Positions 10,886 to 22,117 of a DNA stretch of 46,705 bases are shown piece after piece. The notes under the pieces are model-generated. The model did not search any database. It was not told the origin of the DNA and worked only from the letters and a program-made list of their open reading frames with translations. A program made the translations under genes and the position numbers. Position 1 is the first letter of the stretch, and each line of letters opens with the position of its first letter. The stretch is from Thiomonas sp. GTDB lineage: Bacteria > Pseudomonadota > Gammaproteobacteria > Burkholderiales > Burkholderiaceae_C. The stretch spans positions 1 to 46,705 of the forward strand of contig JAJTBQ010000001.1 in the NCBI GenBank assembly GCA_021286835.1, written 5' to 3'.

Positions 10886-13255
10886 CTAATTCACTGGCGT
10901 GAGTTTGGCGATGTTCAGCGCGAGCCATTTGGTGCCGTGGCGGTTGAACCTGACCTGGGCGCGGGCTTCGTCTCCGGCGCCTTCCAGACTCAGCACCACG
11001 CCTTCGCCGAACTTGTTGTGAAACACGGCCTGCCCGGTGCGCAGGCCGTGCGCGCGTGCGCCGGGCTGGGGCATGCCAGAACCGCCTGCGACTGGCGGCG
11101 TGGTGTTCGCTGTCAGCCGCGCCTGCCCGCCCCTGGAGGTCGGCGGATTGAAGGCCGGCACCGATGTTTTCGGGTCGTAGCTCCAGCTGCTGTGCTGATC
11201 GGCCCCGAAGCCGCCACCAAACCCCGGTTGCCTGGCGCTGAGCCATTTGAGGGACTCGGCCGGCAGTTCGTCGAAAAACCGGCTGCGCAGGTTGTAGCGC
11301 GTCTGGCCGTGGAGCATGCGGGTCTGGGCCAGGCTGAGGTAGAGGCGCTTGCGCGCGCGGGTGATGGCCACATACATCAGGCGGCGCTCTTCTTCCACGC
11401 CATCGGCTTCGCTCAGCGCGTTCTCGTGCGGGAACAAACCTTCTTCCAGGCCGGTGATGAACACGGCGTCGAACTCCAGTCCCTTGGCCGCGTGGACGGT
11501 CATCATCTGAATGGCGTCCTGCCCGTTCTGCGCCTGGTTGTCGCCGGCTTCGAGCGCGGCGTGGGTGAGAAAGGCGGTCAGCGGCGAGAGCGTTTCGCCC
11601 GTCGCGGGATCGATGCCGTCGATGGCCGCGAGGTTGTCGGCCGCAGCGCCCGCCGCTTCTGCGCTCAGGGACTGGCGCTGCTGCGCCGTCGCTTGCAGAC
11701 CAAAGCCTTCCTGCGTGACGAAGGCGGCGGCGGCGTTGACCAGTTCTTCCAGGTTTTCCAGCCGCTCCTGCCCCTCGCGTTCCTCGCGGTAGTGCGCGTT
11801 CAGACCGCTGGCCTCAAGGACGTGCCGGACGAGATCGGGCAGGCTCATCGCCGCGGTCTGAAAGCGCATCTGCGCCACCAGATCGAGAAAGGCCTGCAGA
11901 CTGGCAGCACCGCGCCCCCCGAGGGCGTCAACGGCTTCGCAGAGGGGCGTGGCGCGCAGGCGGGCGGCGTCCTGCAACTGTTCCAGGGTGCGCGCCCCGA
12001 TGCCGCGCGCGGGGAAGTTGACCACGCGCAGGAAGGCCGTGTCGTCCTGCGCGTGGTCGAGCAAGCGCAGGTAAGCCAGCGCATGCTTGACTTCAGCGCG
12101 TTCGAAAAACCGCAGCCCGCCATACACGCGATAAGGCAACCCGGCATTGAACAGCGCCCCTTCGATGACCCGCGACAGCGCGTTGGCGCGGTAGAGCACC
12201 GCGATCTCGCTGGGCGTCAGTCCATCCCGCAGCAACTGGCGGATTTCCTCGATCAGCCACTGGGCTTCGGCATAGTCACTCGGCGCCTCGAACACCCTGA
12301 CCGGCTCACCCGCGCCAGCCTCCGTGCGCAGGTTTTTGCCCAGGCGGCGCGCGTTGTTCGCGATCAGGGTATTGGCCGTATCGAGGATGTGGCCATGCGA
12401 GCGGTAGTTGCGTTCGAGCTTGATGAAATGACGCACATGGAACTCGCGCTGGTAATCATCCATATTGTCGGCGTGCGCCCCGCGGAAGGCATAGATGCTC
12501 TGATCGTCATCGCCCACGGCGAACACGCAGGCGCCGTGCTCATCCTCCGGTCCGGACAGCAGTTTGAGCCACTGGTACTGCAGGCGATTGGTGTCCTGGA
12601 ACTCGTCGACCAGGATGTGGCGGAAACGCTGGCGGTAATGCGAGCGGATGGCGGCGTTGTCCCGCAGGATCTCGTAGGAGCGCAACAGCAGCTCCGCAAA
12701 ATCGGCCACGCCGTCGCGCGTGCATTGCGCCTCATAGGCCAGATAGATCTCGGCCAGTTGCCGGCTTTGCTGATCGCGCACCTCCACGTCGCCCGGACGC
12801 AGGCCCTGCTCCTTGGCCCCGTTGATGAACCATTGCACTTGTTTGGGCGGATGGCGCTCCTCGTCCACATTCAGCCCCTTGAGCAGCCGCTTGATGCTGG
12901 CGAGCTGATCCTGAATGTCGAGAATCTGAAAAGTCTGGGGCAGGCCGGCCTCGCGCCAGTGCGCCCGCAGAAATCGGTTGCACAGTCCGTGGAAAGTCCC
13001 GATCCACATGCCCCTCACCGGGATCGGAAGCTGGGCTGACAACCGCGCCATCATTTCCTTCGCCGCCTTGTTGGTGAAGGTCACGGCCAGAATGCCAGCG
13101 GGCGAAACCTGCCCGGTGGAAATCAGCCAGGCAATGCGCGTGGTGAGCACCCGCGTTTTTCCGCTACCCGCGCCAGCGAGGATCAGGGCATTCTCAGCGG
13201 GCAGGGTGACAGCGGCGTGCTGCTCGGGATTGAGTTGTTGGATGAGGGCAGACAT
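10886..13255 (-). CDS. uvrD: DNA helicase II UvrD
   Basis: AGAGSGKT Walker A, LVDEFQDTN, VGDDDQSIY, TVHAAKGLEF, EEERRLMYVAITRA, C-terminal Tudor-like HNKFGEG. Confidence 0.96.
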   Translation of the reverse strand: MSALIQQLNPEQHAAVTLPAENALILAGAGSGKTRVLTTRIAWLISTGQVSPAGILAVTFTNKAAKEMMARLSAQLPIPVRGMWIGTFHGLCNRFLRAHWREAGLPQTFQILDIQDQLASIKRLLKGLNVDEERHPPKQVQWFINGAKEQGLRPGDVEVRDQQSRQLAEIYLAYEAQCTRDGVADFAELLLRSYEILRDNAAIRSHYRQRFRHILVDEFQDTNRLQYQWLKLLSGPEDEHGACVFAVGDDDQSIYAFRGAHADNMDDYQREFHVRHFIKLERNYRSHGHILDTANTLIANNARRLGKNLRTEAGAGEPVRVFEAPSDYAEAQWLIEEIRQLLRDGLTPSEIAVLYRANALSRVIEGALFNAGLPYRVYGGLRFFERAEVKHALAYLRLLDHAQDDTAFLRVVNFPARGIGARTLEQLQDAARLRATPLCEAVDALGGRGAASLQAFLDLVAQMRFQTAAMSLPDLVRHVLEASGLNAHYREEREGQERLENLEELVNAAAAFVTQEGFGLQATAQQRQSLSAEAAGAAADNLAAIDGIDPATGETLSPLTAFLTHAALEAGDNQAQNGQDAIQMMTVHAAKGLEFDAVFITGLEEGLFPHENALSEADGVEEERRLMYVAITRARKRLYLSLAQTRMLHGQTRYNLRSRFFDELPAESLKWLSARQPGFGGGFGADQHSSWSYDPKTSVPAFNPPTSRGGQARLTANTTPPVAGGSGMPQPGARAHGLRTGQAVFHNKFGEGVVLSLEGAGDEARAQVRFNRHGTKWLALNIAKLTPVN

Positions 13256-13399
13256 GGACGGATTTTAGGGCGCGGGGGTCGAATGTCCCCTGCCTCGGGT
13301 TCGATCTTTCCAAGCCTAGAATGAATCACCGGGCCGCAAAAGTCTTGCCGCCCGGTTTTTTGTGCGCGCAGCAAACGTGCGCCCTTTATGGAGACCGTG

Positions 13400-14377
13400 A
13401 TGGATATCTTCGACTACGACAACATTCTGCTGTTGCCGCGCAAGTGCCGGGTGGAGAGTCGCAGCCAATGCGATCCGTCAACCGAGTTTGGCGGGCGGCG
13501 CTTTCGCCTGCCTGTGGTACCGGCCAATATGAAGACCGTGGTGGATGCCAGCGTCTGCCGGTGGCTGGCGGCCAACGGCTACTTTTACGTGATGCACCGA
13601 TTCGATGTCGACGTCGCGGCCTTTGCCCGCCAGATGCGCGATGCCGATTTGTTCGTCTCCATTTCGCTGGGCGTCAAGGCGGATGACAAGGAGCTCATCG
13701 ACCAACTCGCCGCCGAGGGCACGGGCGCCGACTACATCACCATCGACATCGCCCACGGCCACGCCGACAGCGTGCAGCGCATGATCGCGCACATCAAGCA
13801 CAAGCTTCCGCAAGCCTTCGTCGTCGCCGGCAATATCGGCACGCCCGAGGCGGTGATCGATCTCGAAGCCTGGGGCGCCGATGCCACCAAAGTGGGCATA
13901 GGCCCGGGCAAGGTGTGCATCACCCGCATGAAAACCGGCTTCGGTACGGGCGGGTGGCAACTCTCGGCGCTGAAGTGGTGCGCGCGGGTGGCGACCAAAC
14001 CCATCATCGCCGACGGGGGCATCCGCGAACATGGCGACATCGCCAAGAGCGTGCGCTTCGGGGCCAGCATGGTCATGATCGGCTCCATGCTGGCCGGACA
14101 TGAGGAGTCGCCCGGACAGACCGTGGAAGTCAACGGCCAGTTGTTCAAGGAGTATTACGGCAGCGCCTCCGAATTCAACAAGGGCGCCTACCGCAACGTC
14201 GAGGGCAAGCGCATTCTGGAGCCGCTGAAGGGACGATTGGTCGATACGCTGCGCGAAATGGAAGAGGATCTGCAGAGCTCCATTTCCTACTCAGGCGGCC
14301 TCACGCTCGCCGACATCCGCAAGGTCAACTACATCATCCTCGGCCAGAACAATGCGGGCGAGCATGTGCTGATGTAA
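13400..14377 (+). CDS. guaC: GMP reductase (Bacillus-type GuaC)
   Basis: [32 protein letters not shown] catalytic Cys motif, IIADGGI; ATG at 13400 with GGAG at 13390 (alternative ATG 13388). Confidence 0.94.
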   Translation: MDIFDYDNILLLPRKCRVESRSQCDPSTEFGGRRFRLPVVPANMKTVVDASVCRWLAANGYFYVMHRFDVDVAAFARQMRDADLFVSISLGVKADDKELIDQLAAEGTGADYITIDIAHGHADSVQRMIAHIKHKLPQAFVVAGNIGTPEAVIDLEAWGADATKVGIGPGKVCITRMKTGFGTGGWQLSALKWCARVATKPIIADGGIREHGDIAKSVRFGASMVMIGSMLAGHEESPGQTVEVNGQLFKEYYGSASEFNKGAYRNVEGKRILEPLKGRLVDTLREMEEDLQSSISYSGGLTLADIRKVNYIILGQNNAGEHVLM

Positions 14378-14398
14378 GCCGGCCGCAGGCCGCGCGCT

Positions 14399-14564
14399 CT
14401 AGTGCAGTGTTTCGCGCTTGATGGAACAAATAAAAATGCTGGATTTGGGGTCAGGGCAAGGCGTAAACCACAGCGATACCCGTAGGTATCGCGCGGATTT
14501 GCAACGCAGCCCTGGCGCCAAGGCCACGTTTTTATGTTCCAGATAGCGTGAAACACTGCTCTAG
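14399..14564. mobile_element. MITE/ERIC-like palindromic intergenic element flanked by CTAG
   Basis: Left end CTAGTGCAGTGTTTCGCGCT matches reverse complement of right end (CTAGAGCAGTGTTTCACGCT); symmetry continues to central GCGATACC-CGTA-GGTATCGC; no ORF. Confidence 0.75.
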
Positions 14565-14593
14565 CATGCACGGCTGATCTCCTGCGACGGTCC

Positions 14594-15808
14594 ATGCCCA
14601 TCACACCCCACACTCCAGGCCAGGCCAGCGCGGGTCAGCGCCTGCGCGTCTTGTTCGCAGGGATCTGCGCGCTCGTTCTCACGGTCGGCCTGGCGCGCTT
14701 CGCCTACACCCCCATGCTGCCCATCATGCACCGCGAGGCCGGTCTCACCGATCTGGCGGCGGGCTGGCTGGCCACTTTCAACTACGCGGGCTACATCACG
14801 GGCGCGATCGTCGCCGCCTCGGTGGGAAGCCTGCGGCAGAAATTCGTGATGTACCGCGTGGGGCTGGTCCTCGCGGTGGTGACCACGGCCGCACTGGGCT
14901 TGACAGACAACACCGCGGCCTGGGCGGTGCTGCGTTTTCTCTCCGGCCTGTCGAGCACGGCAGGGCTGTTGCTGGCCTCGGGTCTGGCACTGAACTGGCT
15001 GATCCGCCACGGTCATAGGCCCGAGCTGGGACTGCATTTCACCGGGCTGGGTCTGGGCATCGTGATCTCCGGGCTGGCCGTGGGCGCCATGATGAAGCAC
15101 CTGACCTGGGCGCAGCAATGGGTGGGACTGGGGTTGCTCGGCCTGGTGTTTTTCGTGCCCGCCTGGCGCTGGTTGCCTCCGCCCGCGGCGCCCGCGTCTG
15201 CCTCGCGCGGCGCCGCGCATGGCACGGTCGCCCCGCCGCCGCGCCGCTGGATGGCCTTGCTGATCGCCGTCTACTTCTGTGCCGGCTTCGGCTACGTGAT
15301 CAGCGCCACCTTCATCGTCGCGATTCTCGACAAACTGCCCCTGCTCGCCAGCAGGGGCGGATGGGTCTGGGTCATCGTCGGCGTCGCCGCCGCACCCTCG
15401 AGCTTTCTCTGGGATCGCGTGGCGCGCAGCATGGGCGACACCCCTGCGCTGCTGCTGGCCTTCGGCTTGCAGACGGTGTCCATCGTCCTGCCCGTGGCGA
15501 CGACCGACACGGCCCTGAACCTCCTCAGCGCCGTGCTGTATGGCGGTACTTTCGTGGGCATCGTCAGCCTCACGCTGACCTTGATCGGCCGACATTTTCC
15601 CGACAACCCTGCCAAGGCCATGGCCCGCCTGACCCTGAGCTACGGCGTGGCCCAGATCATCGCGCCGGCGATGGCCGGTTCGATGGCGGCGCACACGGGA
15701 AACTACCGCGGCGCGCTGGAAGTCACTGCAGCCGTCATGATCGCGGGCATGGTGCTATTGGGGGCGATGCTGCGCGACGCGCGAAAGACAGCCGCAGCCA
15801 GGCCTTAG
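14594..15808 (+). CDS. MFS transporter, YbfB/YjiJ-like
   Basis: GLARFAYTPMLP and LATFNYAGY N-terminal motifs; about 12 hydrophobic segments. Confidence 0.88.
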   Translation: MPITPHTPGQASAGQRLRVLFAGICALVLTVGLARFAYTPMLPIMHREAGLTDLAAGWLATFNYAGYITGAIVAASVGSLRQKFVMYRVGLVLAVVTTAALGLTDNTAAWAVLRFLSGLSSTAGLLLASGLALNWLIRHGHRPELGLHFTGLGLGIVISGLAVGAMMKHLTWAQQWVGLGLLGLVFFVPAWRWLPPPAAPASASRGAAHGTVAPPPRRWMALLIAVYFCAGFGYVISATFIVAILDKLPLLASRGGWVWVIVGVAAAPSSFLWDRVARSMGDTPALLLAFGLQTVSIVLPVATTDTALNLLSAVLYGGTFVGIVSLTLTLIGRHFPDNPAKAMARLTLSYGVAQIIAPAMAGSMAAHTGNYRGALEVTAAVMIAGMVLLGAMLRDARKTAAARP

Positions 15809-15817
15809 TGCAACGCC

Positions 15818-16819
15818 TTAGAGCGGTCCTGCCGTGGCGCTCAAAGCGCGCACATACGCCGCCGTGCCCTCTTCCACCGTGGCGAAGTGGTGGGTGCAGC
15901 CCGCTGCCCGCAAATGACTGAGATCGGCCTGGGTGTGGCACTGGTATTTGCCCACCAGCGCATCGGGGAACGGGATGTAGGCAATCTCGCCCGATTCCAC
16001 CAATTCCGCCAGGCCCAGGGCCGCACGGCCGGTCTCCAGGCGCAAGGTGTTGACCACGGCGCACGCCACGTCGTTGAACGGCTGGGCGCGGCCCGAACCC
16101 AGATTGAAGATGCCGCTTTTGCCGGGGTGATCGAAGAACCAGAGGTTGACGGCGACGACATCGTCGATCCAGACGAAATCGCGCTCCTGCAAACCGGGGC
16201 CGTAGCCTTGATATTCACCGAACAGCTTGACCTGGCCGTGTTCGCGGTACTGGTTGAAGTGATGAAAGGCCACGGACGCCATGCGTCCCTTGTGCTGTTC
16301 GCGCGGCCCATAGACGTTGAAATAGCGGAAGCCCGCGATCTGCGTGGTGGCGTGGGGCAGAACGCGCCGCACCACCTGATCGAACAGCAGCTTGGAATAG
16401 CCGTAGACGTTGAGCGGGCGCTCGAACTCGGGCGACTCGCGAAACACGCTGCTGGCGCCATAGGTGGCGGCGCTGGAGGCATAGAGCAATCGCACCCCCT
16501 GCTTCTGGCCGGCGTCAAGCAAGGTCTTGCTCGCGCGGTAGTTGTTGTCGAGCATGTAGCGGCCATCGTGTTCCATCGTGTCGGAACAGGCGCCCTCGTG
16601 AAACACGGCCTCGACCTTGCCGTAGTGGCCGTTGGCGAATCGCTCGAAAAACACCGTCTTGTCGATGTAATCGCAGATCTGCAGGTCGACCAGGTTGTGG
16701 AACTTGTCGCCGCGGGTCAGGTTGTCCACCGCGATCACGTCCGTGATGCCGCGCGCGTTGAGTCCTTTGACGATGTTGCTGCCGATGAATCCGGCCGCGC
16801 CGGTGACGATGACTCTCAT
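15818..16819 (-). CDS. hldD: ADP-L-glycero-D-manno-heptose 6-epimerase
   Basis: [48 protein letters not shown]. Confidence 0.96.
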   Translation of the reverse strand: MRVIVTGAAGFIGSNIVKGLNARGITDVIAVDNLTRGDKFHNLVDLQICDYIDKTVFFERFANGHYGKVEAVFHEGACSDTMEHDGRYMLDNNYRASKTLLDAGQKQGVRLLYASSAATYGASSVFRESPEFERPLNVYGYSKLLFDQVVRRVLPHATTQIAGFRYFNVYGPREQHKGRMASVAFHHFNQYREHGQVKLFGEYQGYGPGLQERDFVWIDDVVAVNLWFFDHPGKSGIFNLGSGRAQPFNDVACAVVNTLRLETGRAALGLAELVESGEIAYIPFPDALVGKYQCHTQADLSHLRAAGCTHHFATVEEGTAAYVRALSATAGPL

Positions 16820-17745
16820 GCCTGCCCCCAGAGTTCCTTCGGCGTCACGCTGGCGGTGCCCAGCTTGCCGACCACGATGCCGGCCGCGCGGTTGGCCGTG
16901 CGCACGGCGTCTTCCATGGAAAGCCCCGCGCCGAGCATCACCGCCACCGTGGCAATCACGGTGTCGCCCGCACCCGAGACGTCGTACACCTCTTTGGCCT
17001 CGGTCGGAATGTGCAGTTCGCCCGCCTCGGTGTAGAGGCTCATGCCTTCTTCCGATCGCGTCAGCAGCAGCGCCTTGAGACTGAGCTTGCGGCGCAGCCC
17101 CTGGGCCCGCGCGGTGAGATCGTCTTCGCTGCCCCAGTCGCCCACCACTTGCGCGAGTTCGGCGCGGTTGGGCGTCAGCAGGGTGGCGCCGGCGTAGCGG
17201 CTGTAGTCGCGCCCCTTGGGATCGACCAGAATGGTCTTGCCCTGGGTACGCGCCAGATTCATCATCTGATCGAGGTGTTCCAGGCCGCCCTTGCCGTAGT
17301 CGGACAGCAGCACCACGTCGTGGAAGGCCAACTCCTGCTCATAGCGCTCCATCATCGCCGCGAGCACTTCATGGTCGGGCTTCTGCTCGAAGTCCAGGCG
17401 GATGAGTTGCTGCTGGCGGGACACCACCCTGAGCTTGACCGTGGTCTTGAGCGTAGGGTCCTGCCGCATGGCGTTGCGGATGGGGGTGTCGACCAGCAGG
17501 GTGATCAGCTTGCGGCCCGGCTCGTCGGCGCCGACCACGGAAAGCAAGGTGGCCTGCGCACCGAGCACGGCCGCATTGAGCGCGACGTTGGCGGCGCCGC
17601 CCACGCGGTCTTCATCGCGCTGCACGCGCACCACAGGCACCGGCGCTTCCGGAGAAATGCGATCGACGGCGCCGAACCAGTACCGGTCGAGCATGACGTC
17701 GCCCACGATGAGGACGCGGGATTGAGCGAGTTGTTCAGCGTTCAT
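16816..17745 (-). CDS. rfaE1: D-glycero-beta-D-manno-heptose-7-phosphate kinase (stand-alone kinase half of HldE; RfaE1/HldA)
   Basis: [34 protein letters not shown]; 309 aa with no adenylyltransferase domain; ATGA overlaps with neighbours. Confidence 0.93.
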   Translation of the reverse strand: MNAEQLAQSRVLIVGDVMLDRYWFGAVDRISPEAPVPVVRVQRDEDRVGGAANVALNAAVLGAQATLLSVVGADEPGRKLITLLVDTPIRNAMRQDPTLKTTVKLRVVSRQQQLIRLDFEQKPDHEVLAAMMERYEQELAFHDVVLLSDYGKGGLEHLDQMMNLARTQGKTILVDPKGRDYSRYAGATLLTPNRAELAQVVGDWGSEDDLTARAQGLRRKLSLKALLLTRSEEGMSLYTEAGELHIPTEAKEVYDVSGAGDTVIATVAVMLGAGLSMEDAVRTANRAAGIVVGKLGTASVTPKELWGQA

Positions 17746-18914
17746 GATCCAAGAAGGGAGAGTTCCTCCAGGCGACGCGGCGGGTAAGTCTCCCAGCCCT
17801 GACAGCCTGGACAGTGCCAGAAGTATTGCCGCGCCTCGAACCCGCATGCCGCACAGCGATAGCGCTGACGGCTGCGCAAGGCATTGTCCACCGCGCCCTG
17901 CATGGCCGTTGCCACCTCGGGCACCAGGGCACCGGGCGTGGGATGTTCGAGCACGCGCTTGAGCGCCAGAAGGCTGCGATGCGACTGCAGGTAGCCCTGG
18001 GCACAGCGCGCCCGGGATGCCGGATCCGGGTCGAGCAGCAGCACGGCGTCGAGCAGGTCGATGGCCGGCGTCTGTTCCAGCCGCTGACGCAACCACGCCA
18101 GCCCCTCCTGCACCTGCCCGAGTTGCTGGCGGAGTTGCGCGATCTGCACCGCGGCCAGGGCGACGAATTCGGGCTGGACCAGATCGATGGACTCCAGGCT
18201 CTGCAGGGCCAGCGCCCAATCGCCCCGTTGCTGCGCCCACTGCGCCCGCAACATCCTGGGGCGAACGCCCTGGGGCGATGCCTGCAGGGCCGCGTCCAGT
18301 GCCTGCTGGGCATCGGGTTCACGTCCAGCCGCCTGATGCTGCGCCGCCAGCTCGCACCAGTACTGCGCGATCTGACGCTGATAGGTTCCGGTGGCGCGCA
18401 GCTCGAGTTCGCCGGCACGGGCGATCGCCTTGTTCCAGTCCTGCGTGCGCTCGCTGATCTGCAGAAGCGACGTCAGGGCCTGCGAGGCATAGGCGCTGCG
18501 TCGCAGGTCTTCATAGGCGGTCTCGGCGCGGTCGAGCAGCCCGGCCTTGAAAAAGTCCTGAGCCAGAGCGAGCTGGGCGCGCTCACGCGCCTCGCGCGGC
18601 AGATCGGCCCGGGCCAGCAGATTCTGATGCACCCGGACCGCACGCTCGTACTCGCCGCGGCGGCGAAACAGATTGCCCAGCGCGAAATGCAGATCAACGG
18701 TATCGGGGTCGGCCGTCATGGCTTCGATGAAGGCGTCGATCGCCTTGTCCTGCTGTTCGTTGAGCAGGTGATTGAGGCCGCGGTAGTAGGCCTGAGGCGC
18801 ATCGCGTCGCAGGGCGCGCTCCTTGCCCACCTGCCTCAAATCCACCCGCGACGCCAGCCACCCCAGCGCGAACATCAAGGGCAGGACGAGCAGCCACCAG
18901 AGATCAAACTCCAT
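17742..18914 (-). CDS. lapB: Lipopolysaccharide assembly protein LapB
   Basis: N-terminal TM, TPRs (HFALGNLFRRRGE..RAVRVHQ), rubredoxin CAACGF...CPGCQGW; ATG at 18914. Confidence 0.93.
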   Translation of the reverse strand: MEFDLWWLLVLPLMFALGWLASRVDLRQVGKERALRRDAPQAYYRGLNHLLNEQQDKAIDAFIEAMTADPDTVDLHFALGNLFRRRGEYERAVRVHQNLLARADLPREARERAQLALAQDFFKAGLLDRAETAYEDLRRSAYASQALTSLLQISERTQDWNKAIARAGELELRATGTYQRQIAQYWCELAAQHQAAGREPDAQQALDAALQASPQGVRPRMLRAQWAQQRGDWALALQSLESIDLVQPEFVALAAVQIAQLRQQLGQVQEGLAWLRQRLEQTPAIDLLDAVLLLDPDPASRARCAQGYLQSHRSLLALKRVLEHPTPGALVPEVATAMQGAVDNALRSRQRYRCAACGFEARQYFWHCPGCQGWETYPPRRLEELSLLGS

Positions 18915-19224
18915 CGATGGGCCTGTCGATCGGATGCTGCGGGAAGTCCGTCTGCGCCGTCGGGGTGGCGACTGCTGCCGTCGGCGCCGCTTCGCCGTTG
19001 CGCGCCACCTTGCCGCGCCTGCGATGCCGCATCCACGACGGCAGCAGCGCGAGTACGCCCAGCACGGCGCCCAAGACAAAAACCACCAGCAGGAGCACGA
19101 TCATGGGCGTGCGCCACTCGGTGCCGAACAGCAGGTGCAGCGTGACCGGCTCCAGATTGTTCAGCGCCAGGCCGAACAGGAGCAGGAAGACGATCAGCCG
19201 CAAAAACCAGCTCAGGATGCGCAT
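18904..19224 (-). CDS. lapA: Lipopolysaccharide assembly protein LapA family
   Basis: 106 aa two-TM protein immediately upstream of and overlapping lapB. Confidence 0.82.
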   Translation of the reverse strand: MRILSWFLRLIVFLLLFGLALNNLEPVTLHLLFGTEWRTPMIVLLLVVFVLGAVLGVLALLPSWMRHRRRGKVARNGEAAPTAAVATPTAQTDFPQHPIDRPIDGV

Positions 19225-19345
19225 GAAAACGGATTCGAAACGGGGAATCCGTCAAGCATATTGCATTCCCTCTCGCGACCCCCTCAGATGCCGTGAAAAA
19301 CGCCGGGTGGACAATAGGGCGCATCGTTCCATCCCAATCCGCATC

Positions 19346-20863
19346 ATGTCCCACCGTCCTCAAGCCCTGCATTGCCCCGCCCCAGTCGCCGACGCCATCT
19401 TCAGCGATCCGCAAGCCGCGCTGGACCAGGTCCAGGCCATCTATGCCGCCGCCATCGCCCACCTGCGCGACAAGCTGGCCGAGTTCATCGCGGGAACCTT
19501 GCCGTCCGGGCGGGTTCGCGCCTGCTATCCCGTGGTACGGGTGAGGATCGACAGCGTGGTGCGCCCCGACTCCCGGCTTGCCTACGGCTTCGTCGCCGCG
19601 CCCGGCGTTTACGAAACCTCGCTGACCCGGCCTGAACTGTTTGCAGACTACATCCGGGCCCAGTTCCAGTTGCTGCTCGACAACCATGGGGTTGCGCTGG
19701 AAATCGGCGTGGGAGAACAGCCGATTCCGCTGCATTTCAGCTTCGCCGGCCAGGCCCACGTCGAGGGTCATCTCAGCCTGGAACAGCGCCAACAGTTGCG
19801 CGACATCTTCGACCTGCCCGATCTGGCCGCGATGGACGACGGCATCGCCAACGGCACGCACGAAACCCCGGACGGGCAACCCATGCCGCTGGCCCTGTTC
19901 ACCGCGCCGCGCGTCGACTACTCGCTGCACCGCCTGCAGCACTACACCGGCACCGCGCCCGAACATTTCCAGAATTTCGTGCTGTTCACCAACTACCAGT
20001 TCTACGTCGACGAGTTCGTCCGCATGGCGCATGCCCTGATGGACCGGACCGCCGGGACTGCGTCAGACGACGACGTGCCCTACACGGCATTCGTCGAACC
20101 CGGCAACCTCATCACCCATCGGGGCACCGCGCAGAGCCCCGCATGGACCGAGGGGCATGCCTCCACCCGGCTGCCCCAGATGCCGGCGTATCACCTCATC
20201 CTGCCGGGTCACGGCGGCATCACCCTGGTCAACATCGGCGTCGGCCCGGCCAATGCGAAGAACATCACCGATCACATCGCCGTGCTGCGTCCGCACGCCT
20301 GGATCATGCTCGGCCACTGCGCCGGATTGCGAAACTCACAAAGGCTGGGCGACTATGTGCTGGCGCACGGCTATGTGCGCGAAGACCATGTGCTCGACGA
20401 GGAACTGCCGCTGTGGGTGCCCATTCCGCCGCTCGCCGAGGTGCAGCAGGCACTGGAAGGCGCCGTGGCCGACATCACCCAGTTGCATGGCTACGAGCTC
20501 AAGCGCGTGCTTCGCACCGGCACCGTCGCCAGCACCGACAACCGCAACTGGGAATTACTGCCCTATCCCGGGCCGGACCGGCGCTTCAGCCAGAGCCGCG
20601 CCATCGCGCTCGACATGGAAAGCGCCACCGTGGCAGCCAACGGCTTTCGCTTCCGGGTGCCCTACGGCACGCTGCTGTGTGTGAGCGACAAGCCGCTGCA
20701 CGGCGAGCTCAAGCTGCCCGGCATGGCCGACCAGTTCTATCGCAAGCAGGTGGAGCAGCATCTGCGCATCGGCCTGCGCGCCATCGCGCGGCTGCGTCAA
20801 CAGACCATGGGACGCCTGCACAGCCGCAAGCTGCGCAGCTTCGACGAAGTGGCGTTTCAGTAA
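19346..20863 (+). CDS. amn: AMP nucleosidase
   Basis: RVDYSLHRLQHYTG, FVLFTNYQFYVDEF, NIGVGPANAK, DMESAT, VSDKPLHGE; ATG at 19346 within ORF 18917..20863. Confidence 0.94.
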   Translation: MSHRPQALHCPAPVADAIFSDPQAALDQVQAIYAAAIAHLRDKLAEFIAGTLPSGRVRACYPVVRVRIDSVVRPDSRLAYGFVAAPGVYETSLTRPELFADYIRAQFQLLLDNHGVALEIGVGEQPIPLHFSFAGQAHVEGHLSLEQRQQLRDIFDLPDLAAMDDGIANGTHETPDGQPMPLALFTAPRVDYSLHRLQHYTGTAPEHFQNFVLFTNYQFYVDEFVRMAHALMDRTAGTASDDDVPYTAFVEPGNLITHRGTAQSPAWTEGHASTRLPQMPAYHLILPGHGGITLVNIGVGPANAKNITDHIAVLRPHAWIMLGHCAGLRNSQRLGDYVLAHGYVREDHVLDEELPLWVPIPPLAEVQQALEGAVADITQLHGYELKRVLRTGTVASTDNRNWELLPYPGPDRRFSQSRAIALDMESATVAANGFRFRVPYGTLLCVSDKPLHGELKLPGMADQFYRKQVEQHLRIGLRAIARLRQQTMGRLHSRKLRSFDEVAFQ

Positions 20864-20870
20864 AACCTGG

Positions 20871-21914
<1,044 letters not shown>

Positions 21915-22117
21915 GATGGGCAGCAGAGTGAGAATGAGAAAGCGCGGGGAACTCGATTCCCGGCGCAAAGGGCTGGCGGCGCGGCACGGTGCCGCAACAC
22001 CCTCCCGCTTAAAATGGCAAGGCCGTGATTTTATCGAGTGCGCACCCGCGCCTCCTGCATCACCCCTGACGCTGGCGCCGTTGCACAAGCCTGTCCCCCG
22101 ACGTTCCGATCGCCCTC

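Noticed and set aside
14399-14564. CRISPR repeat or autonomous IS
   Set aside because: Single palindrome with no repeat-spacer array and no transposase ORF
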